The notes: generated by a model not told the origin, from the letters alone. Counted from the first letter of the whole stretch, positions 25,221 to 37,676 are shown. The stretch: DNA of 63,929 nucleotides, filler included, from Polymyxa betae A26-41 (GCA_003693705.1; 10 parts of 10 records of this genome joined end to end with filler, not necessarily neighbours in it), one strand, 5' to 3'. Made by a program: numbers and translations.

Positions 25221-25877
25221 TCACCATCATAATCCAACAGGTGCTCGAGCCCATGTATCATATCCATTCAAGTCTCCTCTTCTGGTGATCCAGCCAGCTT
25301 ATCAACTAATAATTCGATTAATATAATAACATCCGTGATTGTCTGCTGCAGTAAGAAAGTTCGCCAAAAATCTCGCTTGTTTTTAGGGTGCTGTATTAAA
25401 GTCGCGATTCTTTGAAATTTTGCACTTTATGAGTTAACTCTCAATGATTTCGGTTGGTCGATTACCATTCGACATGTATCTTCTAATTCCATACAAATGT
25501 TCTTAAGAAGCAACGACCTCAGGAGCGCTCAAGCACTTTCATAATATCTGGATTGGAGGAGTGCTCTGCATAACTTGATCAAAAGCTGCGCTAGGGTTCC
25601 GCAGCTCTTGATCAAAGAGATTTAACAGTTCCCATACCTTTTGTATCTATCCCCAATGAAAAAAATGAGCTCAAAATGCCTGAACTAGTCAATTAGAAGA
25701 CTTTTGTTGAGTAATTTAGAAAGGTTGCGAAATTTGCGTTCTAGAGAATGAATTTGTATTAATCAAATGGTCTGAAATTGATATCTCGGTCTACAGATTT
25801 CCTGCAGATAGAGCAGGACATTGTCCAGTTCATAGAATATCTCAATAGACAATGAATACGGCCTCCTCTATCCAAAA

Positions 25878-28203
25878 CTAATTGTGATTTGAGCGAATAT
25901 TTCCTCTTGTCACGGGTAATGAGTGTCTCATATCCAGATTGTTTACTCTTGCCTTTGTACCTAGAACAGCGCGTTTCAAATGCGCAAACGGATTTCCCCA
26001 GCGAGATTGCCAAGTCCGAAGATCATTCTGACAGCATATCTGCAAACAGACCAATACCGGGAGATAGGTTCTCCGAAGCCAATGATTACATCCTTCACGT
26101 TTTAGGCTTAATTTGGGATCGGTGACCTTGGCCCGAACTATTTTTAGACATAAACTGGCCACTAATATCAACTTCTGTAACGTGGTCTCCGAAGAAGATA
26201 TTTCCATTGTTTCAGTTAATATGAGCTGATCATTGAGAACTTTGATAATAATAGGGGCTTTTAAAGCTAGATTTTTGCAGATTGATGAGGCCGAAATGTT
26301 TGTATCAGTAATAAACGCGTACTCATCATCATCAGGCAGCTTCTTCTGTAATACAGATTGAGTGTGAATTCCGCATTGAATAAGAATTAAGCTCACCAGA
26401 AAATAACACAGAGTAGTGTAGTCTGTGATGCTCTCGACATTGAAATCAAAAAAGTCCAGATAGTTAAACACATCGCAAAGAGCTGGTAGAGCGGGACCCG
26501 TTGGTGGCGAACTAAATTTGTTCCCTTTTACGGACAGATTTTGGTCACTCTGTAGAGCATGACTGTCAATAAAGATGAAATAGTTATCTCGGATCAGATT
26601 CATAGACTGATGGGCTGTTAACAGTTTGGAGCGACATTCATCTCCAGAACATTTCTTATGGAGTTTCCAATGATTGAAGGGATTCCCCCAGACGGTTTGA
26701 AACATCCGGAGATCTTTCTCATAGCATTGAATGACACATCGTAGTACAGGACGACACACCTTATACAGCCAATGCCGTATTTGAGAATCAAGTTTTCTCC
26801 AAGTCCATTCATATTTCCGAGAGGCCATAATCAATTTCCGATACAAATTCGCTATCAGAATCAGCTTTTGTAATGTGGTCTGAGCAGAGCGGATTCGTGG
26901 GATTTCGCTGAAATCCAGATCATGTCCTTCCACATTGATAATAAATTGAGAGTTGATCATTGAGAATTGAACTGCATCACCATCGGACTTTGAAGACAGA
27001 AAACGAAGTTCTTCATCATTGGGCTCTTTGATCTAATTTCCATTCAATATACTGCATGATTGAAAGGCTCCTGAAACATCACCAGAAACTTGCAGAGACT
27101 TTTATAATCAGTGATCTCGTCATCGAAGGAACATGAAAAGTCGGTTGGCGATGACGTCTCGTCAACACGAGGACGTTTTCGGGAGAGATTTGCGACTGGT
27201 TCATCATTCTGGTTATGAAGAGATTCAGGACATGAGACTGGACAAGGACACATTACGTTGAAAGTTTCTAGAATAGGAAGAAAAACCGGAACAGTTTCTG
27301 TATGGGGTAGAACAGATGTTAATGTTGGTAGAGTTCCAATATCAGGCACCGTGTCGAATATTTCAAGAAAGTAATCGTCAGTGGAGATCTGAAATTATAA
27401 ATCAGTATCACAGTTATATAATCATTTCATACAAGAAAATTTCCATCCAGATCGAATGAGGAATCGAAGAGGTTGTTGGAATAAGGAAGATCAGAGAAAT
27501 TTTGGATTGAATCATAGAAAATCGGTTCCTAGAATGCATGAGAAAGGTGCCTTCTTTCTGACAGAGCGATCTTACCCCGGGCTCTGTAACATGGAGGTCG
27601 AGTGGAGTGACAGTAACATGAGTCTCTTCAGATGAGTTGGTGGCCTGACGATGCCCATCAACCTGAATATTCTTAACGGTTTCTAAGATATCAGACTAAT
27701 TAAGGAAGCTTTACATTGATAGTTTTTTTGAATAGGAGGTAAACCCGGAACATTATCTGTATGATGTAATAAAGATGTTGATGTTGGTAAAGTTCCAATA
27801 TCAGATCGAGTGCCCAACATTTCACGAATTTCATCCCCAGTAGACATCTGAATAAAAATCAATATCAAAATACAACAAATATATTGTATAATCATTTCAT
27901 ACATTAAAATATAAATCCAGATCAAATGAAGGATCTAAGAGGTTGTTGAAATTCGGATGATCAGAGAAATTTTGAATTGGATATGAATCATAGACAATCG
28001 GTTCCTAATAATGATTGTTAAAGAGAGGCGTCTTCTTTCTGACAGAGCGATCTTACGCCGATGTCTGTAACGTTGAGGTCGAGAGGAGATACAGTAACAT
28101 GAGACTCTTCCAGATAGTCTGTAACATTACCAGGCCCAGAACTGAATGCAGCCAAGCACTCAGATAATCTCAGTATGAGGAAGACAAACGCTGGTCCAAC
28201 CAT
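25878..28203 (-). CDS. Multi-exon candidate secreted protein built from duplicated modules, with NLS-like motif
   Basis: MVGPAFVFLILRLSECLAAFSS signal-peptide-like start; duplicated exon-intron unit (27250-27640 vs 27720-28120); duplicated C-terminal domain (ITDY..LC.FL, TTLQKLIL, WGNPF.H); RKRPR; one extra A in a homopolymer near 27725. Confidence 0.65.
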
Positions 28204-29004
28204 TTCTTGACAAATCCTTTGCGTGGTCATGGCGACCGGCAACTCTGCGCGCTGTTTTTCTGGTGGCCGAGATCCGGATCTGATTTTGAAGCAGACATTA
28301 GAACAATCTCGGAGATGATGCCTCAACTGAATGTTATTGTTGTAAGACGCCAAAGCAGTATGTCACGATTTCAGGTTGAACAAGTGCATTGATAATGATG
28401 TACTATAATCTTGAAATATATCAAAGATATATTCGATATTTCTATGTAAATTTCTCTGCTCTTGTTAGATCAAGTATGGAACGTGACATATATTACGCAT
28501 CCACACATAACTCCGTTCGATATTCGATTGGACTGGATTTAATTGGATAACATTACTTGTTGGGACGTTTCGGCGAGCAGGGCGGTACAAAGCCAAGTAG
28601 AGAATGCAGATAAAAAAGCGAAATTTATTCAATATACTTGTACATAAGCATCAACAGCAACAATATTTTGAATATATTTTTTGAGAAATGTGAAGTATGA
28701 AGCTGCAGTAACAACGTCCTCTTTAACTTTGTCCAATTTGTGTTCTATAAAATAGCGCGCGATCTTCTTTGAAGGGGATATTTGTGAATCTATCTCCATG
28801 TTTGACTCTAAGATATTCATCCCGAAGTGGAGCTTGGCTCGGGTAGTTTTGGAATTGGCTTCTTTTAACGTTTGTTCTTCACAAAAATCTTGCTTAGGCT
28901 TTTTTAACCTTACTCAATATACCTTTGTATGATGAGATGACTGGATCATGTTGAATATCGTCTCCCATATCAGCCGCCCTTCTACCCAAGTCATCAACCG
29001 CATC

Positions 29005-29115
29005 GGTTTAGGGATTTATTCTTTAAAACATATATCTTGTTGTTTTGAAAAAGATACAATTACCTTTATTTTCTTCTCAATGGCGGGTATTCCACCTCTA
29101 ATTAGATTTTTTGCT
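29005..29115 (+). pseudogene. nad2: Small mitochondrial insertion (NUMT), nad2 fragment
   Basis: AT-rich patch translating FIFFSMAGIPPLIRFFA, matching the conserved Nad2/NuoN FSMAGIPPLxGF motif. Confidence 0.65.
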
Positions 29116-31064
29116 ATGTGGGAATTTCGAAGCTCAACAAAAGCTCTTCGAAGCGACGGTCGCGTTTATTACCGTCCAGAAGAAATGTCTAGAAAACCCT
29201 AAAGACGATATGTTAGCCAAAACGTTCCAAAACGCACAAGCGGACCTTGAACGGACGAGCGACCACTATACATTCTTCTAACGACCAATTCCCCATCCAA
29301 AACTTCGATTTCCGACGCATCAGCGGAGAGAGACACTGCAGACTGGGATCGACGACATGACAGTGACTCTGTTTGCTTCTTCAATGGTATTTCGTTAGTT
29401 TTGACAACGGATTCTGATTTGAATTGAATAATTTTATTGAGGATTTCTGCGTGGCGAAACGAGGCCGCAAATTGCTGAGTGCGCGGCTTTATGCGGAAAA
29501 CAGAACGCCACAGCTGTCCGATCTTCATCGACTTTAGCTTCAAAATGGGGAAAACTGTGATGTTCGGGTGGTCTTCAACTGCTTTGACGATCTGTTTAAT
29601 TTCCCTAGAGCTCCTTCAATTTTCAGTAATTTCGCTGATGAAATCGCATCTTTTACCAGGTTTCAGCCTGTGAACATCACTTTATCCGTGGTCGGATATC
29701 CGTCGCTCTTATACCTAGCTATAGAGAATTTTACGTAAGTGGAAACTAGGCTGCGCTAGAGACAACAAGAACGATTGCTAGGTCTCGCCAATGTGGTCCG
29801 GACTCCGTTTCTGATCCGTTCTCATCCAAAGCTGGCCTCAAGCTGAACTTTTTGCATTCCAGGATGAATGAGTCTGAGAGCGTTCTCGGCGGAGTTTTTA
29901 CAGAGCTCATGCAATTCCTCTTCGTGCTTGGCTAGTAGAGCGAATCTGTCAAATGCCATTTCATTGTCATTCGAACAATGATTCGATTTATCGGCTTTAA
30001 AACTGCTCCCAGTGGTGAAATTTCGGCAGCTGTGCAATTGTGGGAATCCTCTTGATCGCTGACAACTTTTCGCTTGCTCCCCATGTCTTCAGATTGTTCT
30101 TCATTACAACTGCCCGTTACATTATATTGATCGTGTTAATGGGCTGGCTCGTTATCGTATTTTAAATCATCGACCATGACTTTGCAGATGGCATTACAGG
30201 AAGAGACCCTTCGTTATCATTGCCACGATAAGCGGCAGCTGCAAGCGATACAGCGGACTCGCACCGGTTGTTGGTGGAAAACAGAGTCCAAGGCCACATG
30301 CCCACGTTGTCAAAAGAAGACTGTTGTCCCAATAGAGGGCGCAGCCCAATTCCGGTAACTCCGTCCGCCGGATGCGCGTTTCATTCCATTTAGGATATCA
30401 TCTCCATTTTCTCTGGCTAAAATCTGCTCGAGATCATTCTAGCTAGTGTGTAGTGCTGTTAAAGTAGGCCTTGGACTAACGGCTGTGGAGCTGTTATTGT
30501 ACCTTATTGTCAGTTTGTTTGCGGTGAAGTCCAGGTGCAGTTACTACAAACAAGGAAACGTGCTTTCACAGTTAATCTTTTCAACACGGTTATCGGGTGC
30601 TTAATTCTAGGGATTCCATTTTTGATGCAAGCTTTCATTAATAAAAGCTGTGTTATAATTACTCTCATTTCGAGGCTGATACTGAGGTAATTAATGGCTG
30701 TCTGACGATTGAATCCAGAGTCTTACTATTCTTCTTTAACATTTTGTTGATGGTCAGTTGTTTTTTGGTGATATGGTTGCTCGGTGATGTTGAACTGATT
30801 CGTTTCCGATCTATCTGTCCTTCCGTCGGCATTTCTTATAATCGATTCTTGTTGCATAACCTCTATCTGACATGATTCGGAATATTTTTTTTGAGTTTTG
30901 GGAAACCTGTGTTGGTAGAGAGGGGATAAAGTGCTGGGACGGTTGTGACTTGTATCGACCCGAGACGCTGAATGTGGTTGCGTAGTGCTGTCCAAGTGTT
31001 GAGCATAGAGTCAGTAACGTGTATATGAGCAAGGGCTGCGCGTATTTCGGTTTCGTATCGTAAG

Positions 31065-32519
31065 TGTAAAGAACCTGCTGCTTGAGTGACTCCGTCAAGG
31101 GGCCGAATCGTTGGCCGAAGTTCGTGTTCGCATGCGCGACCCACGGAAAACAGTCCGTGTTTCAAACCAGGAACAAATAAAACGTTATCGATCGTGATAC
31201 TGCCGTTAACTCCGCGCAATCTAATAGATCCGGCCACTGTTGATGTAATCGCCCTTCCGTCAGCCATAATCACATTCGTTGGTTCGATTCGAACGAGGTC
31301 GTACAGCGTGCCGCGGTCCCCGGTCATGTGCGATGTAGCCCCGGAGTCACAAATCATATAATCAATTGAGATCATCATCATTTAGCGTAGATGCTGAATA
31401 TCCGGTCTCCTCAGTCATGTTCGCTTCCTGTTTGCTGTTCTTGTTGTTTGTTTTGCCCTTCTCTTGATTGTTACCATCCTTGTTATCATTCTTCTTCGTT
31501 CGTTCGGGCTTGCGGCAATTTCGTGAGAGATGACCAATACTGTTACAGTTGTAGCATTTTCTGTTTTTGTTTTCTGGGTTGCGTTGCGGAGAATCCAGGT
31601 TCCCGGCGTTCCGACCCTCCGCGCTCTATTTCTTGTTCTCGTAATAGAAGCGCTGCACTTAATTCATCAAAAGACGGCAGCAGAGTGCGGCCAGCAGTCA
31701 GAGCTGCAATCGTGTGTTCATATCGTTTGTCCTTGACGCTTATCAAAATCGCAGATGATAATTCGGCGTCGTGGATATCTCATCCAGCCAGTCGTAGCCG
31801 AAGAGCGAGCTCCTTCATCTCCATTAGATGTTTCCGCATTCCATGTTTCGAATTCAAAGCCTTGTTTACAACGTCTTGTTTCATGTACTGAACTTGAGAA
31901 AAGGTCTTGGCTCTGCGTGCATTTTCTAGTGCGCTCCATGCTGCATGCAGCTGGTGTACGGCATTCGATCACAATCATGACTTGACTTGGCTCAAGGTTG
32001 TTCACAATTTCGGCAAAACATGCGTCGTGATCATTTACATTCGTTCAGACTCCAAAATGTTCCAAAATCGAATGGACTTCAAGCGGACTTTCATCTAAAA
32101 CGCCCACATTATGTAGTTCTCGTCGTTGAGTTTGACTCTTTTGTATGATTTCGTCGAATAGCCGCTCGGTTGTGCCGTCGTTTCAGGTGTCGCAACAATG
32201 TCTGGGCCATAACCTGTAAAGGACCTGCTGCTTGAGTGACTCCGTCAAGGGCAAAATCGTTGGCCGAAGTTCGTGCGTAACGTGCGGAAGCCGTTCGTTG
32301 TGTCAGAGCAGTTCGTCGTGTTGTGGTCATCGTATTGACCTTCGTAAAAGAGGAATCGTAACTAGTATCGGTATCAAGGAATGAGCAGTATATTTCCGGT
32401 TGTACACGTGAATCATAAAATTGACTCACGCGGATGCTGGCGCTTCCTTAACCGAAAGGCTGTTTAATTTATCTATGATCGAGGTCGAGATTTGTAGCTG
32501 TTAACAGAGGACTACAACA
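31065..32519 (-). mobile_element. Internally deleted Ty1/copia element: 5' LTR, PBS, gag, protease joined to terminal 62 bp of 3' LTR
   Basis: PBS GGTTATGGCCCAG at 32202-32214; protease MICDSGATSHM and DNVLFVPGLKHGLFSVG; 31065-31126 matches LTR end 32215-32275. Outer LTR boundary uncertain. Confidence 0.85.
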
Positions 32520-34202
32520 TCGCGATCGGAATTTGATTTGCTAGCTTCTTAGAGATAGTATATTCGATATAGGTTTGAAACTATAATTTCGATGATATTA
32601 CATATGATCGTAGTGGGAGTGTATTTTTGTGTGGAATTTGTTTTTGTGTCTCTCTGCTATAGTAGCTTTGAGACCAGCAGGGTTATACAGTAGTGTATAG
32701 TTGCTTTGGTAGTGCTTGGAGTGCCATAAGGCCAGTCAAGCCCCTGTCCCCGCCGCGCTTTGATCAAAATAGCATACTACTACCTGAGCCCGCTCCCGGG
32801 GAAGGTAAAGCCTCGTTGCAATACAGGCATAACTTTAAGGCCTGTGCCCTTCAGGCCGACCCCAAACGCTAGGAGCACAAGACGGACGGTGCTCGTCGCT
32901 GACGACACCTAGTTAGGGCACCTGAGACAAACTGCGCATAAACAGATAGAAAATTGAAGACCAAACCTTCTGATAAGAGCGGAAAATTGCCCCTTTTGTT
33001 AATCTTGGCTTAGCAACACAAAGAGTCCAACCTGTCTGATTCGTGAGCAAAGGTGACCATCTTACGAGCCAGCAAACTCGTGTCCATCTCACAACTAGCA
33101 ACACCCCTGCCTCATGTTACAATCTCTGCTCGTATTCGATAGGATCCTCGCTGAAAACCTTCTGCCAGACGGGGGCATATCTGGACCAACTCGGGGCCGA
33201 TGACGTGAAATGCTGGACAAATCGTCATCAATTTCGCAACATTTTGTTATCAAACGCCACCAAATCGCTGAAGATGATTAAAAAATCCAAAAAGCCAGTA
33301 GCGTACTTTGCCTTTAACTGATTTACGTCTAAAAACTCGATATATCTGCAGCGATGACAGCCAGATTGAAGAATTAAAATCGACTCAGTCGAGATCGAAC
33401 AGATCATCGGTTCTGGCAGAACCCAAAGTTCAGCCATGGACCCATTTCATCATTGAAGTATCTGATACAATAAAGAACTACAGAGTAAAGTGGATTATTT
33501 TGGATTGGATTCAACTACCACAGTACTGGACCGACATTCCCGCTGGACCTGTTGTTGAATATGAGGAAGGCGTCCAGAGCTCATCCAACAATCGGGCTCA
33601 CTTTTTTACTGGGATGGATTTTAAGCGATTTTATACAATAAAAAAATCTGATTTTACCAAAATGACTATATGAGCCACCAAGCGGAAAATCTGCTATTGC
33701 AAGGTCGACCCAAATTCAAACATCTCAAACCGTGGCCAAAGTCAGGCTTTACAGAAAAAAAGCGCCGTCTTCTTGCCACATAAATTGCGAAGAATCAAAA
33801 CTGCGAGCCTCTGCCATTGGAGAGAAGCTGCATTTTTCGGCGCAGGTCAATGACGGGATGAGAACCGGCACCGATGAGTGTCCTTCCCACTCAGTAACCA
33901 GTCATCCCTACCAGTGCGACCACAGAAACATTAAAGGGCCACTCAATCGTCACGCATTCTTCCATCTTTTCAAGAGCGCAGACATATTATTGTGAAGGGA
34001 TAATATGTGCGGCCTTTCAGCCTTCCAGACTACCTGTATACTGTATTGCATGAATGTCTCAAATGACAATCTGAAGCAATAAAAGATCAATGAATGAGTG
34101 AGGTTTATCTAGAATTTGCAATAGCATCAGACAGACTGCGGCCTCCGCAAGTCCGGAATGGGATCTCTCAAAGGTCGGCTCAATTGTTTCATGACAGAGA
34201 TC

Positions 34203-35523
34203 ATGAATATTGCTATTGTGATCACTGCTCTCCTGTTCGTGACGGTCTCTGCCACCAAGAGCGACCCCGAATCCAGCCATGGTCGCGTCCCTGCCAGCGA
34301 GGTCAACATCGAGACGAGTTCCAGCCTCGGTGCTGCAGTCATCGATGCACCCACCGTACTGGCCCCGTCCCGCCGGTCGCCTGACTTGCCCGAACGTCAT
34401 CTCGAGCTTGAGCTCATTATTAAGAACGCAGAGTTCGGCCTGAATTTGTTTTCGGCGTTCGCCCATCTCAGCAAAACAAGCTACGAGCTTGTCCGTGGCC
34501 GGGCTCGCGATGTGTGGCGGAAAGCGGTCGTCGGATGGCGACTTCCCTGAGACATGGAGGCAGCTGTTTTCGCGTTCGGCCTCCATTTTCTCCGACATTT
34601 TCACCGACGAAACAGCCGCCTTTTTCTTAAGCCGGCTCCAGGTGTCAGCGCGTCATTCACCGGACGCCGTGCTGGATCTGTTCACGAAGAGCGGAATCGG
34701 ACGGATCCCATCTGTTGGCAGATTGATTCCCGGTTGGATCGCATCCATCGAATTAGTGAATTATTTCTCCGCTCGAGGAGCAGTTCTCACCAACCGATCT
34801 GGTGAAATATTGAAGTTAATTCCTGAGGAATGTGGCTCAATATCCACGGACAATATTCCTGTTGATGTTCTCGCAATACTCCAGCAAGATGACGACTATG
34901 ATTACGACCAATTCGGCACCATGCCAGGATCTCTCAAAAAACGCCATTGGACGGTAATCAGGGTTTCCAAGATTGTTGCAGCACAATATATTCGATCCCT
35001 CCCAGATCTCCCCCGAACTCTGTACTTTCTCGGGTTCCCTCTTTATCTGCCGTTTGTGAGTCTCTCACGTCTCACGACCTCCGACCTGCAGCGTATTTTG
35101 CCTTTTGTTCTATATTCGGACCTTGCGCTGGCAGACAAGATTAAAGTCTTAATCCAACGAGGACGTTCCGATGTGATCTCCGCCATCATTCAGTGCGAGA
35201 ACTTCCGATTCGGGTCCAGTAAATCAATTTACAGAATCATGCTGCACCTGATCGTCATCGAGAGACATCACGGCTTCTTACGCGCTCTGCTGCAGACGAA
35301 GTTCAGGGACGGCCTGCTCCATAAAGTCGCATCTAGAACATCTCCTATTCCGATTCTGCATCATGCCGTACAGGTCCGTAATGCCGCCGCCGTTCGTGAG
35401 CTGCTCTTAATTGAGGGTCTGTTCGATTTGAATCTTCTCGACAATAAGAACCGCACTGCCCGTTCTTATGCTGAAGAAGGCTCGGAGATCGCTATGTTAT
35501 TGGATGGTCCGAGCTCTGTGTAA
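34203..35523 (+). CDS. Candidate secreted protein: signal peptide, F-box-like motif, C-terminal ankyrin repeat; one frameshift near 34530
   Basis: MNIAIVITALLFVTVSA; DLPERHLELELII...FAHLSKTSYELV; PILHHAVQVRNAAAVRELL...DLNLLDNKNRTARSYA. Overlapping ORFs 34158-34550 and 34489-35523. Confidence 0.7.
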
Positions 35524-35622
35524 TATCTTGATGAATGTTGTGATGCTTGATAAATTGGCTCTTTTCCGATAAACTCCTCCTTGTTGTAAATCCGACTTCT
35601 GAGACTGTGCTGTGTTACTATG

Positions 35623-36790
35623 TGTTAGAACTAGGGGTTCTACTTGGTAACGTAACAGCGTCGGGGAAGCGTCAAGATAGCCCTACTGCCATGAGAGCAT
35701 GCGTTAGATGGGGCCTAACATCATGTCTGATTTTGTATTAGGGCTATCTTGACGCTTCCCCGACGCTGTTACGTTACCAAGTAGAACCCCAAGTTCTAAC
35801 AGGTTATGGGCCCAGCTCAAGGGGGCCGGGCGGCTCGGGTTTGGTGCTGCCGGTGCGGTCAAGTTGAGATCTCCTTTGGGGATAACTTCGGTGATGGAGA
35901 TGCTCGTGAAAGCGAACTGTCAAGATGATGATCGTCAAGGATGAATGGAATGAACTCACGGAGAAGTTACGCCGCGAACAGAGGGCTCCGCTGAGGTCGC
36001 AAGGACTCGGTTGGAGTATGCATCGTTCGGGCGGGAGCTGAAGAAGCCGCGTCGGATAAGACAGAAGAGGCCATGGTAAAAGGGCTACGCGAGGAACAGG
36101 CAGCGTCCCAGGAGGCCGCAGGGAAGCGGCGGGAGCAACGTTCGAGCGGGAGCTGAGGAGGCCGCGATGCTTAGGAAGTCCGCGCGCTAAGGGATTTACG
36201 GAGAAGATAAGTCGGACTGAAACCGGGGAAGGCGCTGCTGCGGACAGGAGGTCCGCGGGTCGCAGGCAATGAAGCTGGTGTCGACTTACGCCGTAACGTA
36301 AAAGAAATCGTGATGTTCGAGTGAGGAGAAGATGAGGACGGTCTAACGACGGAAAAGGGGCAAGAATTTGAAGAAGATGAAGATGGGAATGCGATGAGGT
36401 GCGGGATGGACCAGGCAAGTCATAAGGTGGGAGACTGCAGAGCCTATAACTCCAAGGGTCGGAGTCCGTCGGAAACGGAGGCGCAGTTACTGTATTGTTA
36501 CACAGTCGTTGTCCAAAGTTTGATTGCTGGTGCCGGAGCTGCTGAAACCTGAAGTCGCAGAGGCGTGCCGTTTTGTACGATCGCCGATTCGTCTGGGCGG
36601 GAGTGTTGGAGTTGTCAGACTCCGTGTGATCACGTGCTATCGATCGTACGGTACTAATGGGGCATGCGACCCTAATAAACAATCAGACATGATGTTAGGC
36701 CCCATCTAACGCATGCTCTCATGGCAGTAGGGCTATCTTGACGCTTCCCCGACGCTGTTACGTTACCAAGTAGAGCCCCAAGTTCTAACA
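35623..36790 (+). mobile_element. Small non-autonomous copia-type LTR element (TRIM-like) with palindromic rearranged 5' LTR
   Basis: TSD CTATG at 35618-35622 and 36791-36795; TG...CA ends; PBS GGTTATGGGCCCAGC 35802-35816; PPT GGGCGGGAG before 3' LTR 36604-36790; 5' LTR 35623-35801 has 63-bp inverted arms. Confidence 0.92.
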
Positions 36791-36795
36791 CTATG

Positions 36796-36817
36796 AAACC
36801 CTAAAACCTAACCCCCA
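36796..36817. repeat. Degenerate telomere-like repeat
   Basis: AAACCCTAAAACCTAACCCC immediately after the TSD. Confidence 0.45.
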
Positions 36818-37676
36818 TGACAAGCTTGGGATTTTTAGCCCCACTCGTCGTTATTTAAAAGTATAGAGGTCACCCCTCTCGACTCATCTTCCAGTACGGC
36901 TCCTGTTAAGAACGTCCTTGGATTACGGCATCATCATTGAGTCGGTATGACCAATACACTGTGCGTTACTGTCCATCACATTTTAGAAAGCAGTGCGGAG
37001 GCCCTTTGGAGAGCTGTTCCTTCTGTCTTTGAGCGACTGATGACAGATTCGGAGCCGCCGGCCAACCTGTGCTTAGTTCTCTATCTCTATCAGGATGGAT
37101 ATTCGCCCTTTGGTTGTGTCCGGTGTTGTTGGATTAGCTCAATCCACATNNNNNNNNNNNNNNNNNNNNNNNNNNNNNNNNNNNNNNNNNNNNTTAATTA
37201 ATTAANNNNNNNNNNNNNNNNNNNNNNNNNNNNNNNNNNNNNNNNNNNNTTTCGGAGAGAGCTCAGGAGATCGATTGAGCGAAGGATTGGGCTCATTCGA
37301 TCCGGAAGCTTTGATGGACGTCAACGGCTTCGGAGGCCGCTCCTCGCCATTCATAGTAGGGAGACGAGGGGACCCGCGCAGTCCATGACAGTTAGGGCTC
37401 TTCCCCTATAGGAATCGTCAGAAGGGGCGCAGCCCTCTGCGCAGCCCCTCAGGAAGGGCCAGTACGACTGTCTGGTGGTCGGCTGGGCGGCTGCGAGTAC
37501 TGTCATGCTCAATGGGCATGACACTGCCATCATGACAAATTTTCTTCAGCGTCGACGAAACGACATGACGGCTGGTATCGACGCAAACATAAATGAAGGT
37601 GGCGGTTGGCAAGGTGATTTTTGATTTATTATACCTCTAAAGCAATAAAAGCTTTGCCTTTTCCATGAATTCTGAT

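Noticed and set aside
32885-32915. Hammerhead (CTGACGA) or Helitron 3' end (hairpin+CTAG)
   Set aside because: No stem II-GAAA follows, and the hairpin overlaps the CTAG rather than lying ~10 nt upstream.
33043-33673. Possible TnpB-like C-terminus (FDRILAEN) or RT remnant
   Set aside because: Only a weak partial motif that needs frameshifts; no supporting motifs.
35804-36682. 292-aa minus-strand ORF in the small LTR element
   Set aside because: Low-complexity antisense frame of purine-rich sequence with no domain; probably spurious.
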